Source: Chiloscyllium plagiosum | Lineage: Eukaryota | Direction of reading: 5' to 3' | NCBI RefSeq assembly: GCF_004010195.1 | Contig: NC_057719.1 | Coordinates: 89,403,403-89,467,402 of the forward strand | Length of the DNA: 64,000 nt | Part shown: in pieces, positions 23,900 through 38,228 of the stretch | Layout of the letters: every line of letters begins with the position of its first letter | Numbering within the stretch: the stretch's first letter is position 1 | Notes under the pieces: generated by a model | The model's input: the letters and a program-made list of their open reading frames with translations, nothing else | Databases searched by the model: none | What the model was told of the DNA's origin: nothing | Program-made: the position numbers and the translations under genes

Positions 23900-24490
23900 A
23901 AGCAGTGACCCACAAACTAGTAAACACCTTTCACCAGTTCCTCACAAAGGTTGAAGACCTGACCTCCACAGCTGACAGGATGAACATTATCTTCAAGATA
24001 ACCTGCAAAGACTGAAAAACACTACATAGGACAAATAGGTGGAAAACTGTCTAGATTAGAGTGGTGCAGGAAAAGCACAGCAGGTCAGGCAGCATCCGAG
24101 GATTTTCCTGCTCCTCGGATGCTGCCTGACCTGCTGTGCTTTTCCAGCACCACTCTAATCTAGACTCTGATCTCCAGCATCTGCAGACCTTGTTTTTACC
24201 TAGGAGGAAAACTCATTTCCAACTCATTTCCAACCACCCAGACAACAAAGGACACAAATTCAACTGGAATGATGTAACCATCCCAGCACAAGCAAAACAG
24301 AGGACACCGTGTACAAACCACTCATTCAGCATCAAAAGTACCAAAAAACAGATATAAATACTTTTTTTTTGGGGGGGGGGGTGGGAAAGCCAGACAACCA
24401 ACACCTTATCAAAGAGGCATTGATGATGTCACCTAGCAAGGCGATGAAACATTTGCAGAAAAACACTGGCTCAGTCAACAAATCCATAAC
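23900..24490 (+). mobile_element. PLE family D fragment with a nested family A-related fold-back (~24049-24205)
   Basis: IIFKITCKD..HYIGQIG GIY-YIG remnant and a decayed hammerhead at ~24420-24455. The nested insertion is flanked by repeated GGAAAACT. Confidence 0.75.
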
Positions 24491-25219
24491 TTCATTGTAC
24501 TAGGTTCTTGAAGATTTTGAAGCGGTAACAGGATTGATGAGGGAAAGGCTGTTGAAGTAGCATACATGGGCTTTTAAAAGGTGTTTGATACAATATCACT
24601 CAGTCTTGAGAAAATTGATAGGTAATGGAATAAAAGGGGCAGTCACCACATGTATTTGAAAATTTGGAAGGAAGTTTGAGTGGAAATCCCCAGAGTTGGT
24701 TTTGGGACTCTTTCTTTTCCTGATAGATATAAATGATCTTGATCGTGGTGATCAGGGGACAATTTCAAGATTTATGGATGGCACAAAAAATTGAAGAATT
24801 GGAAACTGAGGGGTACAGGACAACACTTTGAAAGAATATTGACAAATTAAATAGAGTAGGTACAAAGGTGTCAGATGAGGTTGAATATGGAGAAATGTGA
24901 GGTGGTCCACTTTGGTGCAAAGAACATGGAGAAACCGTTTAAAGTAAAGGATGTGCAGGATAAATATGTGCATAAGTCATTAAACATGGGACAGAGGGAC
25001 AGAGCTATTAACCAGGCATACAGTATACTAGGCTTCATAAATAGAGACAAACTACAAGAGCAGCGAGGTTATAATGAAATTACAGAAGACAGTGATCAGA
25101 CCTCAGGTGTAGTATTGTATACAGTTCTGAGCGCCACACTATAGAAAGGATATGCATGCACTGGAGAGAGTGCAGAAGAGGTTTGGGATAATGGCTACAA
25201 GACAAGTCACTTCAGGTAT

Positions 25220-28200
25220 TGAGTCAGAGTCATGGAGGAAAGAAACAGGTACTTTGGCTCCAACTCATCCATGTTGACCAGGTTTCCTAAATTGACTAGT
25301 CCCACTTGCCTGTGTTTGGCCCATATCCCTCTAAGCCTTTCTGATCCATGTACCCATCCAAATGCATTTTAAATGCTGGAATTGTAGTCACCTACCACGT
25401 CCTCTGGCAGCTTATTCCATATAAGCAGCATCCACTGTGAGAAAGTTTGCCCCTCCAGTCCCTTTCAAATGTTTCCCCTCTCACCTTAAAGATCTCTTCC
25501 TTGAGATTTGAACTCCTCTATTCTGAGGAAAAGACCGACTATTCCGCTTTTTTTTATGCAACTCAAGAGTTTATAAACCTCAAAAAGGACACCCCTCAGC
25601 CTTCTATGTTTCAGGGAAAATAATGTCCCATCCTATTCAACCTCTCCTTGTAACTCAAATATTCAGTCTCAGTAACATTCTTGTTAATCTTTTTTGCACT
25701 CTTTTCAGTTTAATAACATCTTTCCTCTCGCAGCAGAACCAAGATTCTACACAGCACTCCAAATGTGGCCTTACCAAGGTCTTGAACAGTTGTAAGATGA
25801 TGCTCCAACTACTGTGCTTAAGGTTCTGACCAATGAAGGCAAGTGTGGCAAATGTCTTCAATGTGTCTACCAGTGACGCCATGTTCAAGGAAATACATAC
25901 CTGCACCCCATAGGTCTCTTTCAGTTTGAGAACACTCCTCAGAACCTTATCATTGTGTACATCCTGTCCTGGTTTGTCTTAATAAAACACAGCACCTTGC
26001 ATGCATCCGAATTAAACAACATATGCTATTCCTAAATCCATTGGCCTCATTGAAGATCCCATTGTACACTTAGATAACCTCCATTGTCCACTAAATGATT
26101 AATTTTGGTGTCATCTGCAAACTTATAAATCATGCCTCCTTTATTCTCATTCATAACTTTACATAAATGACAAACAGTGGAATCAGCACTGATCCTTGAG
26201 GAGCACCACTGGTCACAGGCCTCTCGGCTGAACAACAACCTTCTATCATCACTGACCTTCTCCTACCACGGTCACCTTTAAGCCAATTTTGTACTCAGTT
26301 GGTTAGCTCTACCTGGATCCTATGTGGTGCAACCTTACTTCTTTGTTTACCTTGCAGAACTGTGTCTTCATGGACTTTAGCAAGTCCTTCAACGATGTCT
26401 ACTGCTCTGCCTTCATCTATCTTCTTAGTCATCTCTTCATAAAAATGCGTTCAACTTAGTAAGACACGATTTCCCATGCACAAAGCCACGCCGACTATCC
26501 CTATTCAGTCCTTGCCTTTCCAAATGCATGTAGATCCTGTCTCAAAATCCTCTCCAACAACTTACCATCACTGATTAAAAACCAAAAGAACTGCGGATGC
26601 TGTAAATCAGAAACAAAAACAGAAGTGGCTGGAAAAGCTCAGCAAATCTGACAGCATCTGAAAAGACATCAGAGTTAATGTTTCAGGTCTGATGACCCTG
26701 CCTCAGATGTTAGGATCACCGTCTGTAGTACCCAGGCTTTTCTATGCCATCTTTTTGAATTAATGGCACCATATTAGTTTCCCTCCAGTCTTCTGACGGC
26801 TCACAGTGCCTGTCGATGATACAAATATCTCCACTAGAGGCCCTGTAATCTCTTCCCCAGCTTCCCACAAAGTCCTGGTATAGACTTGATTAGGTCCTGG
26901 GAATTTATCTACCTTTTTATGCACTTTAAGACTTTGAGCACCTCCTCTTCTGTAATGTGAACACTTCTCAAGACATGGGAGAAAATGAGGACTGCAGATG
27001 CTGGAGACCAGAGTAGAGTAGAGTGTGGTGCAGGAAAAGCACAGCCAGTCAGGCAGCTTCCAAGAAGCAGGAGAATCAATGTTTCATGCATAAACCAGAC
27101 CCTGATGAAGAGCTTGTGCTCGAAACGTTGATTCGCCTGCTCCTCAGATGCTGCCTGACAGACTGTGCTTTTCCAGCACCACACTCTTTGACTCTGATCA
27201 AAGACATCACTATTTCTGTCAGAGTTCCCGAGTATTCATGTATTTCTCCACTGTAAATACTGACGTAAAATATTTGTTTTAAGATCTCACCCATCTCCTG
27301 TGGTTGCACATGTAGCCAGCATTGTTGAACTTTAAGGGGCATTATTCTCTCCCTAGTTACTCTTTTGCCTTTAATATGCTTGTAGATCTCTTGGATTCTC
27401 CTATCTGCCAAAGCTATTGCATATTCCTTTTCAGCCATTCTGATTTCCCTCTTAAGTCAACTCTGACACCCCTTAGCTTTTTACACCTGAGATATACCTC
27501 CTCCTGACCAGAGGCTTAATCTCTAATCATTAAGCATTCATTACTCCTGCCAGCCTTGCACTTTGCACGAACAGGATCATGCTGGCCCTGAACTCCTGTT
27601 ATCTCATTTTTTTGAAGTCTCCCACTCTCCCTTTACATGCAAGCAGCCTCCTCCAATCAACTTTTAAACATTCCTACCTAATATCATCAAAATTGGTTTT
27701 GCCCCAATTTAGAACTTTAACTTGTGAACCAGGCCTATCCTTTTTTCATAACTATTTTAAAACTAATAGAATTATGGTCACCGGTCCCAATGTGCTCCCC
27801 CACTAATACCTCAGTCACTTGTCTGGTCATATTTCTCTAGAGGTCAAGTTTTGCTCTTTCTCTAATAGGACCATCTACATGTCGATTGAGAGCTTTCTTG
27901 AACACACAAATTTTACCTGTCCAGGCCCTTAACACTATGACAGTTTTAGTCTGTGTCCAGAAAGTTAAACTCCCTGGCTATTACAACACTTATTCTTAAC
28001 GTTATTTGTGGTCTCCTTACATATTTCCTTCTCAATTTCCTGCTGAGTGTTTAGGGCACCCATCATAAAATGCCATTAAAGAGAGGACCCCCTTCTTATT
28101 TCTCAGTTCCATGCATATAGCATCACTGGATGGTCCCTCAGGAATATCCTCTAAATCTGAATCCCTAGTCCCATCAGCTCCTCAGCCACTTATTGATCTG

Positions 28201-28800
28201 TCCTATTCTTCTGTTCCTATACCCACCAGCACCTGGTAGGGGGAGTAATCCAGAGATTACCACCTTGAGGTCCTGATTTTTAACCTCCTGCCTAGCTATC
28301 CCTATTATTACTCTGCAGGACCTCATCCATTTTCCTACCCACATTGTTGGTACCAATGTATATGAAGACCTGTGGCTGCTCAGGTTCCCCTTTTGAGCAT
28401 TCGTTGCAACCGCTGCAGGACATCTTTTCACCCTGACACTAAGCAGGTAACATACCATTATGGAGTCTCACTCACGGTCATATCTGTGCCCCTGATGAGA
28501 GTCCTCTATCAGAATTGCTGTCATGGATTTTTCCATGTCCTGCTTTACACCATTTGTGGTGCCAAGGATCTGGCTACTGCTGCTATTTTGCTCTGAGAGC
28601 TAGCCTCTTTAGCAGTATCCAAAATGGCGTACTTGTTTGAGAGGGGTCTCAGCAAACTTCTGCACTACTTGCCTACGTCTCCTAATGGTCAGTCTACATG
28701 ACTGAACCTGTGGTGTGACCACCTCCCTGAAGCCACTATCACACTTCCTGTTTCCTGTAGGCTTCTCAGTGCATCCATTCTTTAGATCTGATCAGCAGCA
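25220..28800 (-). mobile_element. Long decayed CR1 (ORF1 SGNH esterase plus ORF2) with PLE insertions at ~26578-26707 and ~26977-27198
   Basis: VVISGLLPLPGAGGYRNRRIGQINKWLRS (CR1 ORF1 esterase), KFADDTKI and LVRPHLE. Confidence 0.85.
27102..27129 (+). ncRNA. Hammerhead core variant with compensatory stem II
   Basis: CUGAUGA-A-GAGC(UUGU)GCUC-GAAA-CG-UU. Confidence 0.6.
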
Positions 28801-28944
28801 CCTAGACCACAAAGCAGCCCCTTGCAAAACTAATTGAAACAAGACAACACCTCTCTCGCCCATTTGCCTAACCTCCCACACTTACCTCAACTTCCATCAT
28901 TTTCACTCTCTTGCAGTTCACACTCAGTGCTGGGAGCACTTAAA

Positions 28945-29281
28945 ATCACAGAATCCCTATAATGTGGAAAAAGGCCATTTGGCCCAAGAAGTTCACACCG
29001 ACCATCTAAGAGCATCCCACCCAGACCTATTCCCCTCCTTTTATATTTACCCCTGAGTAATGCACCTAACCTACACATCCCTGAACACTATGGGAAACTT
29101 AGCATGGCCAATTCACCTAACCAACACATCTTTGGATTGTAGGAGGAAACCAGAGTATTCAGACAAAACCAGCACAGACACAGGGAGAACGTGCAGTCCT
29201 CACACAGACAGTCACCAAAGGCTGGGATCAAGCCTGAATCCTCAGCACTGTGACTCAACAGTGCTAACCACTGAGCCATCC
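28945..29281 (-). mobile_element. HE1-type V-SINE
   Basis: Reverse head, core and tail motifs. Confidence 0.85.
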
Positions 29282-29791
29282 TCAGGGCCTTGGTTTTATA
29301 CTAGAAGATCTGCCCTGCTACAAGAACCACATCTATCCTGTTAACTTAATTAACTTAACGAGGTTGATTAGCTATGGCAAGAGTAGAGTTTGTTTAAACT
29401 TTCCTTAGGCCTGAAAGAAAAAAATACCCTTTAATGTTTATCTTTTCCTTACCCGAAGTTTTATATTTTAAGAAGGCAAAAGATTAAGATTTATACTCTT
29501 AAACTCCCACACTTAGCTCAACTCCCAGCATTTTCATTCTCTTCCATTTGTGTTTTATAGCATTGGAAGGAAAGGTTTTTTATAAAGAGAGTGAAGAGGT
29601 GGGGATTGCATTCCTTGGAGAGAAAGTGAAAAGCAAGTTTGATTCAAGTTTTCAAAGTCATGAGGGATTGGGACAGAATAAACAAGGAGAAACTATTTCT
29701 TCTGAAATGCAGAAGCAGCAAATGAGAATGGAGAATTTTTTTTTACACAGATAGTAGTTAGGGTACGGAATGCGCTGTCTGGAATTGTAGC

Positions 29792-30122
29792 ATATAGGAT
29801 CCCTACAGCATGGAAACAGGCCATTTGGCCCAACAGTTCCACACTGACCCTCTGAGGAGTAACCCACCCTGACCCATTCCCCACCCTATTACTCTACATT
29901 TACCCCTAATTAATGCACCTAACCTACACATTGCTGAACACTATGGGCAATTTAGCATGGCTAATTCACCTAGCCTGCACATGTTTGGATTGTGGGAGGA
30001 AACCAAACACCCAAAGGAAACCCATGCAGGCATGGGGAGAACGTGCAAACTCAATACAGACAGTTGACCGAGGCTGGAATTAAACCCGCGTCCCTGGTGC
30101 TAGCTACTGAGCCACCGTGCTG
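29792..30122 (-). mobile_element. HE1-type V-SINE inside an old CR1 3' end
   Basis: Reverse head, core and tail motifs. Confidence 0.85.
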
Positions 30123-30424
30123 CATTCAATTGATGCATTCAAGAGAGCATTGAATAAATATTTAAATATAAATGATATGCACAGATACAGGGCAAAGACA
30201 GGAGAGTGGCACTGAGTCATGTTACTTTTTGGAGAACTAATGCAGACACAATGAATCACCATTTTCTGCACTGTAATTAGTAATTCTCTAAGTTAGGGTG
30301 GGAGTAACATTCTCTGATTCTCACAAAGTAATTCCAGACCAATTTGTCTTAATATCTAAATCAATATATTTAAAAGCCTTCAAAAATCTGACTTCCACCT
30401 TTAAAATCTATGCTGAACTTAGCA

Positions 30425-31330
30425 TCATAGAGCTGTAAAGCAGGAAACAGACACTTCAGTCCAACTTGTTCATGTTGACCAGAAATCCTAAAATAAATCT
30501 AGTCCCATTGTCAGCATTTGGCCCATATCCATTTAAACCCTACCTATGCATATACTGATCGAGATACCTTTTATTTGTTATTGTACCAGCCTCCACCACC
30601 TCCTCTAGCAGCTCATTTCATACATGAACCAGCCTGTGTGTGAAAAAGTTGCCCCTTAGGTCCCTTTTTAAATCTTTCCCCTCTTACCCTAAACCTATGC
30701 CCTCTACTTTTGGATTCCCTTTTACTCCAGGGAAAAGATCTTGTCTATTCACCCTATCTATGCCCCTCATGATTTTATAAACCTCTATAAGGTCACCCCT
30801 CAGCTTCCAACACTCTGGGGAAAATAGCCCCAGCCTAGTAGGGAGATCCCAATTGCACACAGTATTCCAAAAGTGGCCTACCCATGTCCTGCACAGCTGC
30901 AACATAACTTCTCAACTCCAATATTCAATGCATTCACCAATAAAGGCAAGCAACACCTTTTTCACTATGCTATCTACCTTGGACTCCATTTTCAAAGAAC
31001 AATGAATATACACGCCAAGGTCTCTTTGTTCGGCAACACTCCCCAGGATCTTACCATTAAGTATAAGGCCTGCCCACATTTGCCTTTCCAGCCAAGGCAA
31101 CACCCCCGCCACCACACACTGTCTTGTACCTTCGAGCTAATTCAGTATCCAAATGGCTAGTTCTCCCTGTATTCCACAAGATCTAACCTTGCTAACCAGT
31201 CTCACATGAGGAACCTTGCTGAAGTCTGTATAGGTCATGTACAGTGATCTGCTCTCCTCAATCCTCTTCAATACTTCTTCAAAAAACTTAACCAAGTTAG
31301 TGAGACACGATTTCCCACGCACAAAGCTAT
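30425..31330 (-). mobile_element. CR1 fragment
   Basis: GKSCLTNL, GSVAEQRDLGV and the CR1 tail. Confidence 0.9.
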
Positions 31331-31339
31331 GTTTATTAC

Positions 31340-32345
31340 AATACGATATACATGAACTGAGTAGATGGGCTGCTCAATAGCAAATGGAATTCAATCTGGA
31401 TAATGTGAGATAATGTACTTGGCCAAACAAGACAAGGGAATACGTGATGAATGGTAGGACCCTGGGAACATTGAGGATCAGAGGTACATTGGTGTGCATA
31501 TCCATTGGTCTTTTAAGGTATCAAGACAGGCAGATAAAGTGGTTAAGAAGCCATATATGATACTTGACTTAAGCATACAGTCAACTTTACTGGACTTTTG
31601 TATAGAGCTTAGAGTTTAAGATCTTGGGTAGTTATACTGGAATTGGACAAAACGATTAGGCCGCAGTTAGACTAGTGAACCCACATTAAAGAGTGGGATA
31701 TGGCAGCACTGGAGCAGGTGCAGAGGAGACTTACCAGGATGTTGCCTGCTATGAAGAGATTGGATAGACTATGAACAGAAACAAAAATTGCTGGAAAACC
31801 TCAAGAAGTCTGGCAGCATCTGTGGAGAGAAATCAGAGTTACAGTTTTTTTGTCGAGTGACCCTTCATCAGAACGGATGGTAGCTAGGAAAAAGTTGCAG
31901 AAGATAGGGTAAGGCGATGGGTTAAGGAATAAATGATAGACTGGGGTTGTTTTCCCAGAGTAGAGAAGGCTGAGGGGGTACATGATAGAGATATATAAAA
32001 TTATGAGGAGGATGTATAGTGTAGATGGGTAGAATTTTCACCTTGGTGAAGGGATCTGTGAGTAGAAAGAATAGACTGAAGGTAAGGGGCAGGAGATTTA
32101 GAGCAGGGAGGAGGAATTCATTTTTCACTCAGAAGATTGTGCGAATTTGGAGGCTGTTAAGGACAGTAGAGGCAGAAACCTTTATATCTTTGAAGAAGTA
32201 TTTAGATGTGCACTTATGATGCCAAGAGATCAGCATGGCTGTGAGCTGGAAAATGGGGTTAGAATAGTCAGGCGGTTCTTTTTGACTGGCATGAATGTGG
32301 TGGGTCAAAGGACATTTTTCAATGCTGGGGATGATTCTATGACAC
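31340..32345 (+). mobile_element. Older CR1 3' fragment with a PLE family C insertion (~31775-31940, minus)
   Basis: Decayed RT C-terminus and FFTQKIVRIW. The insertion carries GAGTGACCCTTCATCAG. Confidence 0.7.
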
Positions 32346-32875
32346 CCTCCCACTCTGTGTCTTCTGAAAACATGGAGATACTACATTTATTTCCCTCATT
32401 ATCATATACTGTGAATAGCTGGCGGCCCAAGCACTGAACCCCTGTGGTACCCCACTAATTACTGCCTGCTGCTCAGAAAAAGATCAGTTTGTTCTTACTT
32501 TCTGTTGCTGTTGGCCGTGCAGTTCCCTATCCGTGTCGACACACTATCCCCAAGTCCATGTGCTTTAGTTTTAAGTGTTAATCTCTTATCTGGGACCATC
32601 TTCAAGGAACTCAGTCCTTCAAGTAATTTTTTTCTCTTTCTGATTATTGTACCTGCCATTTCACATTCATTATTTAATTTGAATGTCTGCATCATTCTTC
32701 TCATTTGTGAAGATGGGACTTTGTCTTCACAACAACTGCATCGGTCGCTTCCACTTATACTTCATGGATCGATGGATCTGTGACAAATGGATTGGTGATG
32801 ACAAGGTCAAACACAATTTGCCATTTTGTTGGTTTCCTCACCACATGTTACAGATGCAATTTAGCAGCTATATCC

Positions 32876-34487
32876 TTATGGAAGATATAGAATGTGGGGA
32901 AATAGATGGTGACATCTTGAAAAATGTCCAGATTACAGAGGAGGAAGTGCTGAATGTCTTGAAATGGTTAAAGGTGGATAAATCCCCAGGACCTGATCAG
33001 GTGTACCCGAGAACTCTGTGGGAAGCTAGAGAAGTGATTGCTGGGCCTCTTGCTGAGATATTTGCATCATCGATAGTCACAGGTGAGATGCCGGAAGAGT
33101 GAGGGTTGCCTATCGTGGTGCCACTGTTTAAGAAGGGTGGTAAGGAAAATCTAGAGAACTATAGACCGGTGAGCCTGACATTGGTGGTGGCCAAATGTTT
33201 GGAGGGAATCCTAAAGGACAGGATTTACATGTATTTGGAAAGGCAAGGACTGGTTAGGGGTAGTAAGCATGGATTTGTGCGTGGGAAATCATGTCTCACA
33301 AACTTGATTGAGCTTTTTGAAGTAGTAACAAAGAGGATTGATGAGGGCAGAGGGGTGGACGTGATCTATATGGACGTCAGTAAGACATTTGACAAGGTTC
33401 CTAATGGGAGACTGGTTAGCAAGGTTAGTTCTCATGAAATACAGGGAGAACTAGTCATTTGGAAACAGAACTGGCTCGAAGATAGAAGACAGAGGGTTGT
33501 GGTGGAGGGATGCTTTTCAGACTGGAGGCCTGTGACGAGTGGAGTCCCACAAGGATTGGTGCTGGGCCCACTACTTTTTGTAATTTATATAAATTATTTT
33601 GATGTGATCATTGGAGGTGTTGTTAGTAAGTTTGCAGATGGCACTAAAATTAGAGGTGTAGTGGACAGTGAAGAAAGTTATCTCAGAGTACAACGGATCT
33701 TGATCAGATGGACCAATGTGTTGAGGAGTGGTAGATGGAGTTTAATTAATTTAGATAAATGTGATGAGCTGCATTTTGGAAAAGCAAATCTGAGCATGAC
33801 TCCTTGGAATGCAGGTTCATAGCTCCTTTAAAGTAGAGTCGTAGATGGATAGTATAGTGAAGAAGGTGTTTGGTATCCTTTCCTTTATTGGTCAGAACAT
33901 TGAGTATAAGAGTTGGGAGGTCATGTTGTGGTTGTCGGTTGTCCTGGAGATTGGTTGGAGGACTTTTGGAATATTGCGTGTAATTCTGGTCTCCCTCCTG
34001 TTGGAAGGATGTTGTGAAACTTGAAAGGGTTCAGAAAAGATTGGAGGGTTTGAGCTATAGGCGGAGGCTGAAGAGAATGGGGCTGTTTTCCCTGGAGCCT
34101 CGGAGGCTGAGGGGTGACCTTATAGAGGTTTATAAAATCATGAGGGGCATGGACAATGTAATTAGACAAGATCTTTTCCCCAGGGTAAAGGAATCCAAAA
34201 CTAGAGGGCACAGGTTTGGGTGATGGGGAAAGATTTAAAAGGGACTTAAGGGGAAGTTTTTCACGCAGAGGGTGGTGCGTGTAGGAAATGATTTGCCAGA
34301 GGAAGTGGTGGAAACAGGTGTAATTACAGCATTTAAAAGGCATCTGGATTGGTAGATGAATAGGAAGGTTTGGAGTGATATGGGCCAAGTGCTAGCAAAT
34401 GGGACTAAATGAGGTTAGGATACCTGGTTAGCATGGATGGGTGTTTTTTCCATGCTGTACATCTCCATGACTCTATGGCTCTATGAC
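32876..34487 (+). mobile_element. CR1 LINE, 5'-truncated
   Basis: ORF 33106-33822 is an RT (YRPVSL, QGLVLGPLLF, FADGTK), followed by the CR1 tail. Confidence 0.95.
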
Positions 34488-34711
34488 TTGATCATCACGG
34501 TCAGCAGTGGTGCATTGAACCACTCTGGTTCCCAAGACCCAAGGACCCAAGAGCAACTCTCTGCCAGTAGGATGGAGCAGACCAGGATGGTGATGCTGGT
34601 GTCTAAGACAATATCTCTAACATAAGATTCTGTCACTATGGCTGTGTCAGGCTATTGCATTTGTCTGTGGGACAGCACTTACAGTTTTGGCACAATACCC
34701 TCTGATCTTTT

Positions 34712-35030
34712 CACAGAATCCCTACAGTGTGGAAACAGGCCATTTGGCCCATCGCACGCAGCCCCAACCCCCTTTTCCTTTCCTTGTAACTCTACATTTC
34801 CTTAGGCTAACGTACCTAATCTTTACATCCCTGAACAATCATGGGCAATTTAGCATGGCCAATCCACCTAACCTGCACATCTTTGGACTGTGGGAGGAAA
34901 TCGGAACACCCGGAGAAAGCCCACGCAGACAAGAGGAGAACGTGCAAACTCCATGCAGACAGTTGTCTGAGGGTGGGATTTAACCCAGGTCCCTGGAACT
35001 GAGAGGCAGACTGAGCCACCGTGCTGCCCA
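34712..35030 (-). mobile_element. HE1-type V-SINE
   Basis: Reverse head, core and tail motifs. Confidence 0.85.
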
Positions 35031-35069
35031 AGGAAGGCTTTGCATTAGAGTTGAGCTTGCTGTTTTGCT

Positions 35070-37410
35070 TTGAGAGACTCGGTTAATGAGGAGAAGCTGG
35101 AACCAGATGTAACAGATGTAACAAACATAAAAGGGAAGAGATGGGATTCAAAGAGGAACTTGGCAGGGAAGATGGTGGAGCAGGAATGGCAAGAGTTTCA
35201 GGGAAAATTTGGGAGATGCAGCAGAAACTCATCCCAAGGAAGAAGAAACATACTAATGGGAGGCAACCATGGCTGACAAGGGATGTCAGGGACAGAAATA
35301 AAAGCAAAAGAAAAGCATACAAGGTGGTAAAGATTAGTCAGAAGCCAAAGGATTTGGAAGCCTTTACAAATCCAGTGGAGGACAACTAAAAAAGCAATAA
35401 GCGGTGAGAAGATGAAATAGGAGGGTAAGCTAGTTATTGTTTTTAGATATATAAAAAGATAAGAGAGTGAAGTAAGAGTAGATATTGAACCACTGGAAAA
35501 TGCAGTTGGAGGAGTGGTAATGAGAAACAAAGAAATGGCAATGGAACGGAATACATATTTCAGTCAACTGGGTTCTGAAGAAGGGTCACTCAACCGGAAA
35601 CATTAACTCTGATTTCTCTCTGATGCTGCCAGACCTGCTGAAATTTTCCAGCAATTTCTGTTTTTGTTTCTGATTTACAATGTCTGCAGTTCTTTTGGCT
35701 TTGCCTCTGGAGAAGATGTTAAGGAAGCTGAAAGATCTGAAGGTGAATAAATCACCTGGACTGGATGGACAATACCATGGTGGTGATCTTTCAGGAATCA
35801 ATGGAGTCAGGGAGGGTCTCAGTGGACTATAAAATGGCTAATATAATATCCTTGCTTAAGATGGGAAGGAGGCAGAAGGTGGCAAATTAGATGGCAGTTA
35901 GCCTGACCTCAGTTGTTGGTAAGATTTTAGAGTCCACTATTAAGGATGAGATTGCAGAGTACTTGGAAGAACATGGTAAAATAGGGCTGAGTCAGCGTAG
36001 CTTTGTCAAGGGATGTCATTCCTGAAAAATCTGTTAGAATTCTTTCGGGAGCTAACCAGACAAAGGAGATCCAGTGGACATGAACTATTTGGATTTCCAG
36101 GAGACCTTTGACAAAGTGTTGCTCAAAAGGCTGCAAAATAAGATAAGATACCATGGGTTTTAGGTGCTAGGTACTGGCATAGGTCGATGATTGGTTGACT
36201 GGCAAAAGGCAGAGTGTAGATAGAGGGGTCTTTTTCAGATGGCAGCTGGTGATTCGTGAAGTTCCACAGGGGTCAGTGTCTTCACAACAATTATTCATCT
36301 TGTGCATTAACGATTTGGACAACAGAACTCAGGGTTTTGTTAATAGGTTTGTAAGTGACACAAAGATAGGTGGAGGCACACACAGTCGAGAGGAGTCGAG
36401 AGGATACTTCAAAAGATATATGATTCGGAGATGCCGGTGTTGGACTGGGGTGTACAAAGTTAAAAATCACACAACACCAGGTTATAGTCCAACAGGTTTA
36501 ATTGGAAGCACACTAGCGTTCGGAGCGANNNNNNNNNNNNNNGAAAGCTAGTGTGCTTCCAATTAAACCTGTTGGACTATAACCTGGTGTTGTGTGATTT
36601 TTAACTTCAAAAGATATAGACAGACTAGGAGAGTAGGCAAAGAAGTGGTGGATGGGAAAGTATGAGTTTATACACTTAGGTAGGGAGAACAGAGGCACGG
36701 ACTATTTTCTAAATGGGGAAAGAGTTTGGGAATCTGAATAACAGACTTAACAGTCCCAGTTTAAGATTCTCTTAAGGTTAACAGGTTCAGTTGGCAGTTG
36801 AGAAGGCAAATGCAATGTTAGTATTCATTTCAAGTGCTAGAATACTACAGATGTCCAGCTCAGGCTTTATCAGGTTGTGGTCAGACTGTATATAGAATAC
36901 CATGAGCAGTTTTGAACGGAATTGAACTAGCTTTACTGTCACATGTACTCACATAAATACAGTGAAATGTTTATAAGTTGCTACTTATGACGCCATCTTA
37001 GGTACAAAGATACCTAGGTACAGACTCTTGGGTCCGTATGTGATGGAGTTTGTAAGGATGAGGGCGGATCACTTTTAAACTGAGGGAATATGACTGGATA
37101 GAGTGAATGTGGTGAAGATATGAGGGTACAGCCTCAGAGTTAAGTGACACCCTTTTGAAAAAGAGATGAGAAGGACTTTCTTCAGCCAGAGGGTGGTGAA
37201 CCTGCAGAACTCATTGCTGGAGAAGGCTGTGGAGGCCAAGTCATTCAGTATCTTGAAGACAGAGATAGATAGATTCTTGATTTTTAAGGGGATCAAGAAT
37301 TATGGGGAGAAGGCAGGAGAATGGGTTGAGAAACACCAGACATGAGCAAATGGTGGAGCAGACTCAATGGGCTAAATGGCCTAACTATGCCCCTATAGTT
37401 TATGGTTTCA
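35070..37410 (+). mobile_element. Older CR1 with PLE insertions (family C ~35565-35705; family B 36421-36603)
   Basis: QPWLTRDVR, VPQGSV and FFSQRVVNL. Confidence 0.8.
36421..36603. mobile_element. PLE family B fold-back spanning an assembly gap
   Basis: Near-perfect inverted arms either side of the Ns. 15-bp TSD ACTTCAAAAGATATA (36406-36420 / 36604-36618). Confidence 0.85.
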
Positions 37411-37647
37411 GACTGAGTTGCCCATCTGATTTCATTCCTTTCTTTGGGTTTTGTAACAGCTTAATGAAATGTTGTGGCTTGCCACTTCATTTCAAAGAGC
37501 AGATAAGCATCAATGATGTTGCTGCGAGTCTGGACCAAGACATAGGTGAGATTGGGTAAGGTCAGCAGATTTTGTTCCCTAACCAAGGTGACATCTGAGT
37601 AGTATTATCATTGGACTATTAATACAGAGACCTTGACAATGTTTTGG

Positions 37648-37935
37648 GGAGAAAGTGAGGACTGCAGATGCTGGAGATCAGAGTTGAAAATGTGTTGCTG
37701 GAAAAGCGCAGCAGGTCAGGCAGCATCCAAGGAGCAGGAGAATCGACGTTTCGGGCATGAGCCCTTCTTCAGGAATGAGGAAAGTGTGTCCAGCAGGCTA
37801 AGATAAAAAGTAGGGAGGAGGGACTTGGGGGAGGGGCGTTGGAAATGCAATAGGTGGAAGGAGGTTAAGGTTCCAAGGACCTGCATGTCCTTGGTGGAGT
37901 GGGAGGGGGAGTTGAAGTGTTGAGCCACGGGGTGG
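37648..37935 (-). mobile_element. PLE family A with a GIY-YIG C-terminal remnant and an intact hammerhead core (37745-37772)
   Basis: AQHFNSPSHSTKDMQVLG upstream of a pyrimidine-rich UTR, then CCTGAAGAAGGGCTCATGCCCGAAACGTC. Confidence 0.85.
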
Positions 37936-38228
37936 GGACCTTGGTTTCAGGATCCTGCCATGGCAGATGGTGGAATTTGAATTCACTTACAACCTGGAAT
38001 TAAGGGTCCAATGATGGCCATGAAACTATTGTTGATTATTGGAAAAATCCATCTGGTTCACTAATGCCCTCTTGGGAAGAAAACTGCTGTCCATGTCTGG
38101 TCTTTCCCCACCCCCAACTTTGCCTTCAGCAAAAATACAATATTTTCCTTGCTGTTAACAGTTCTGATTGGACTCAAGACATTAATTCTGCTTTCTTTCC
38201 ATAGAAGTTGCCAGACCTGCTGAGTTTC

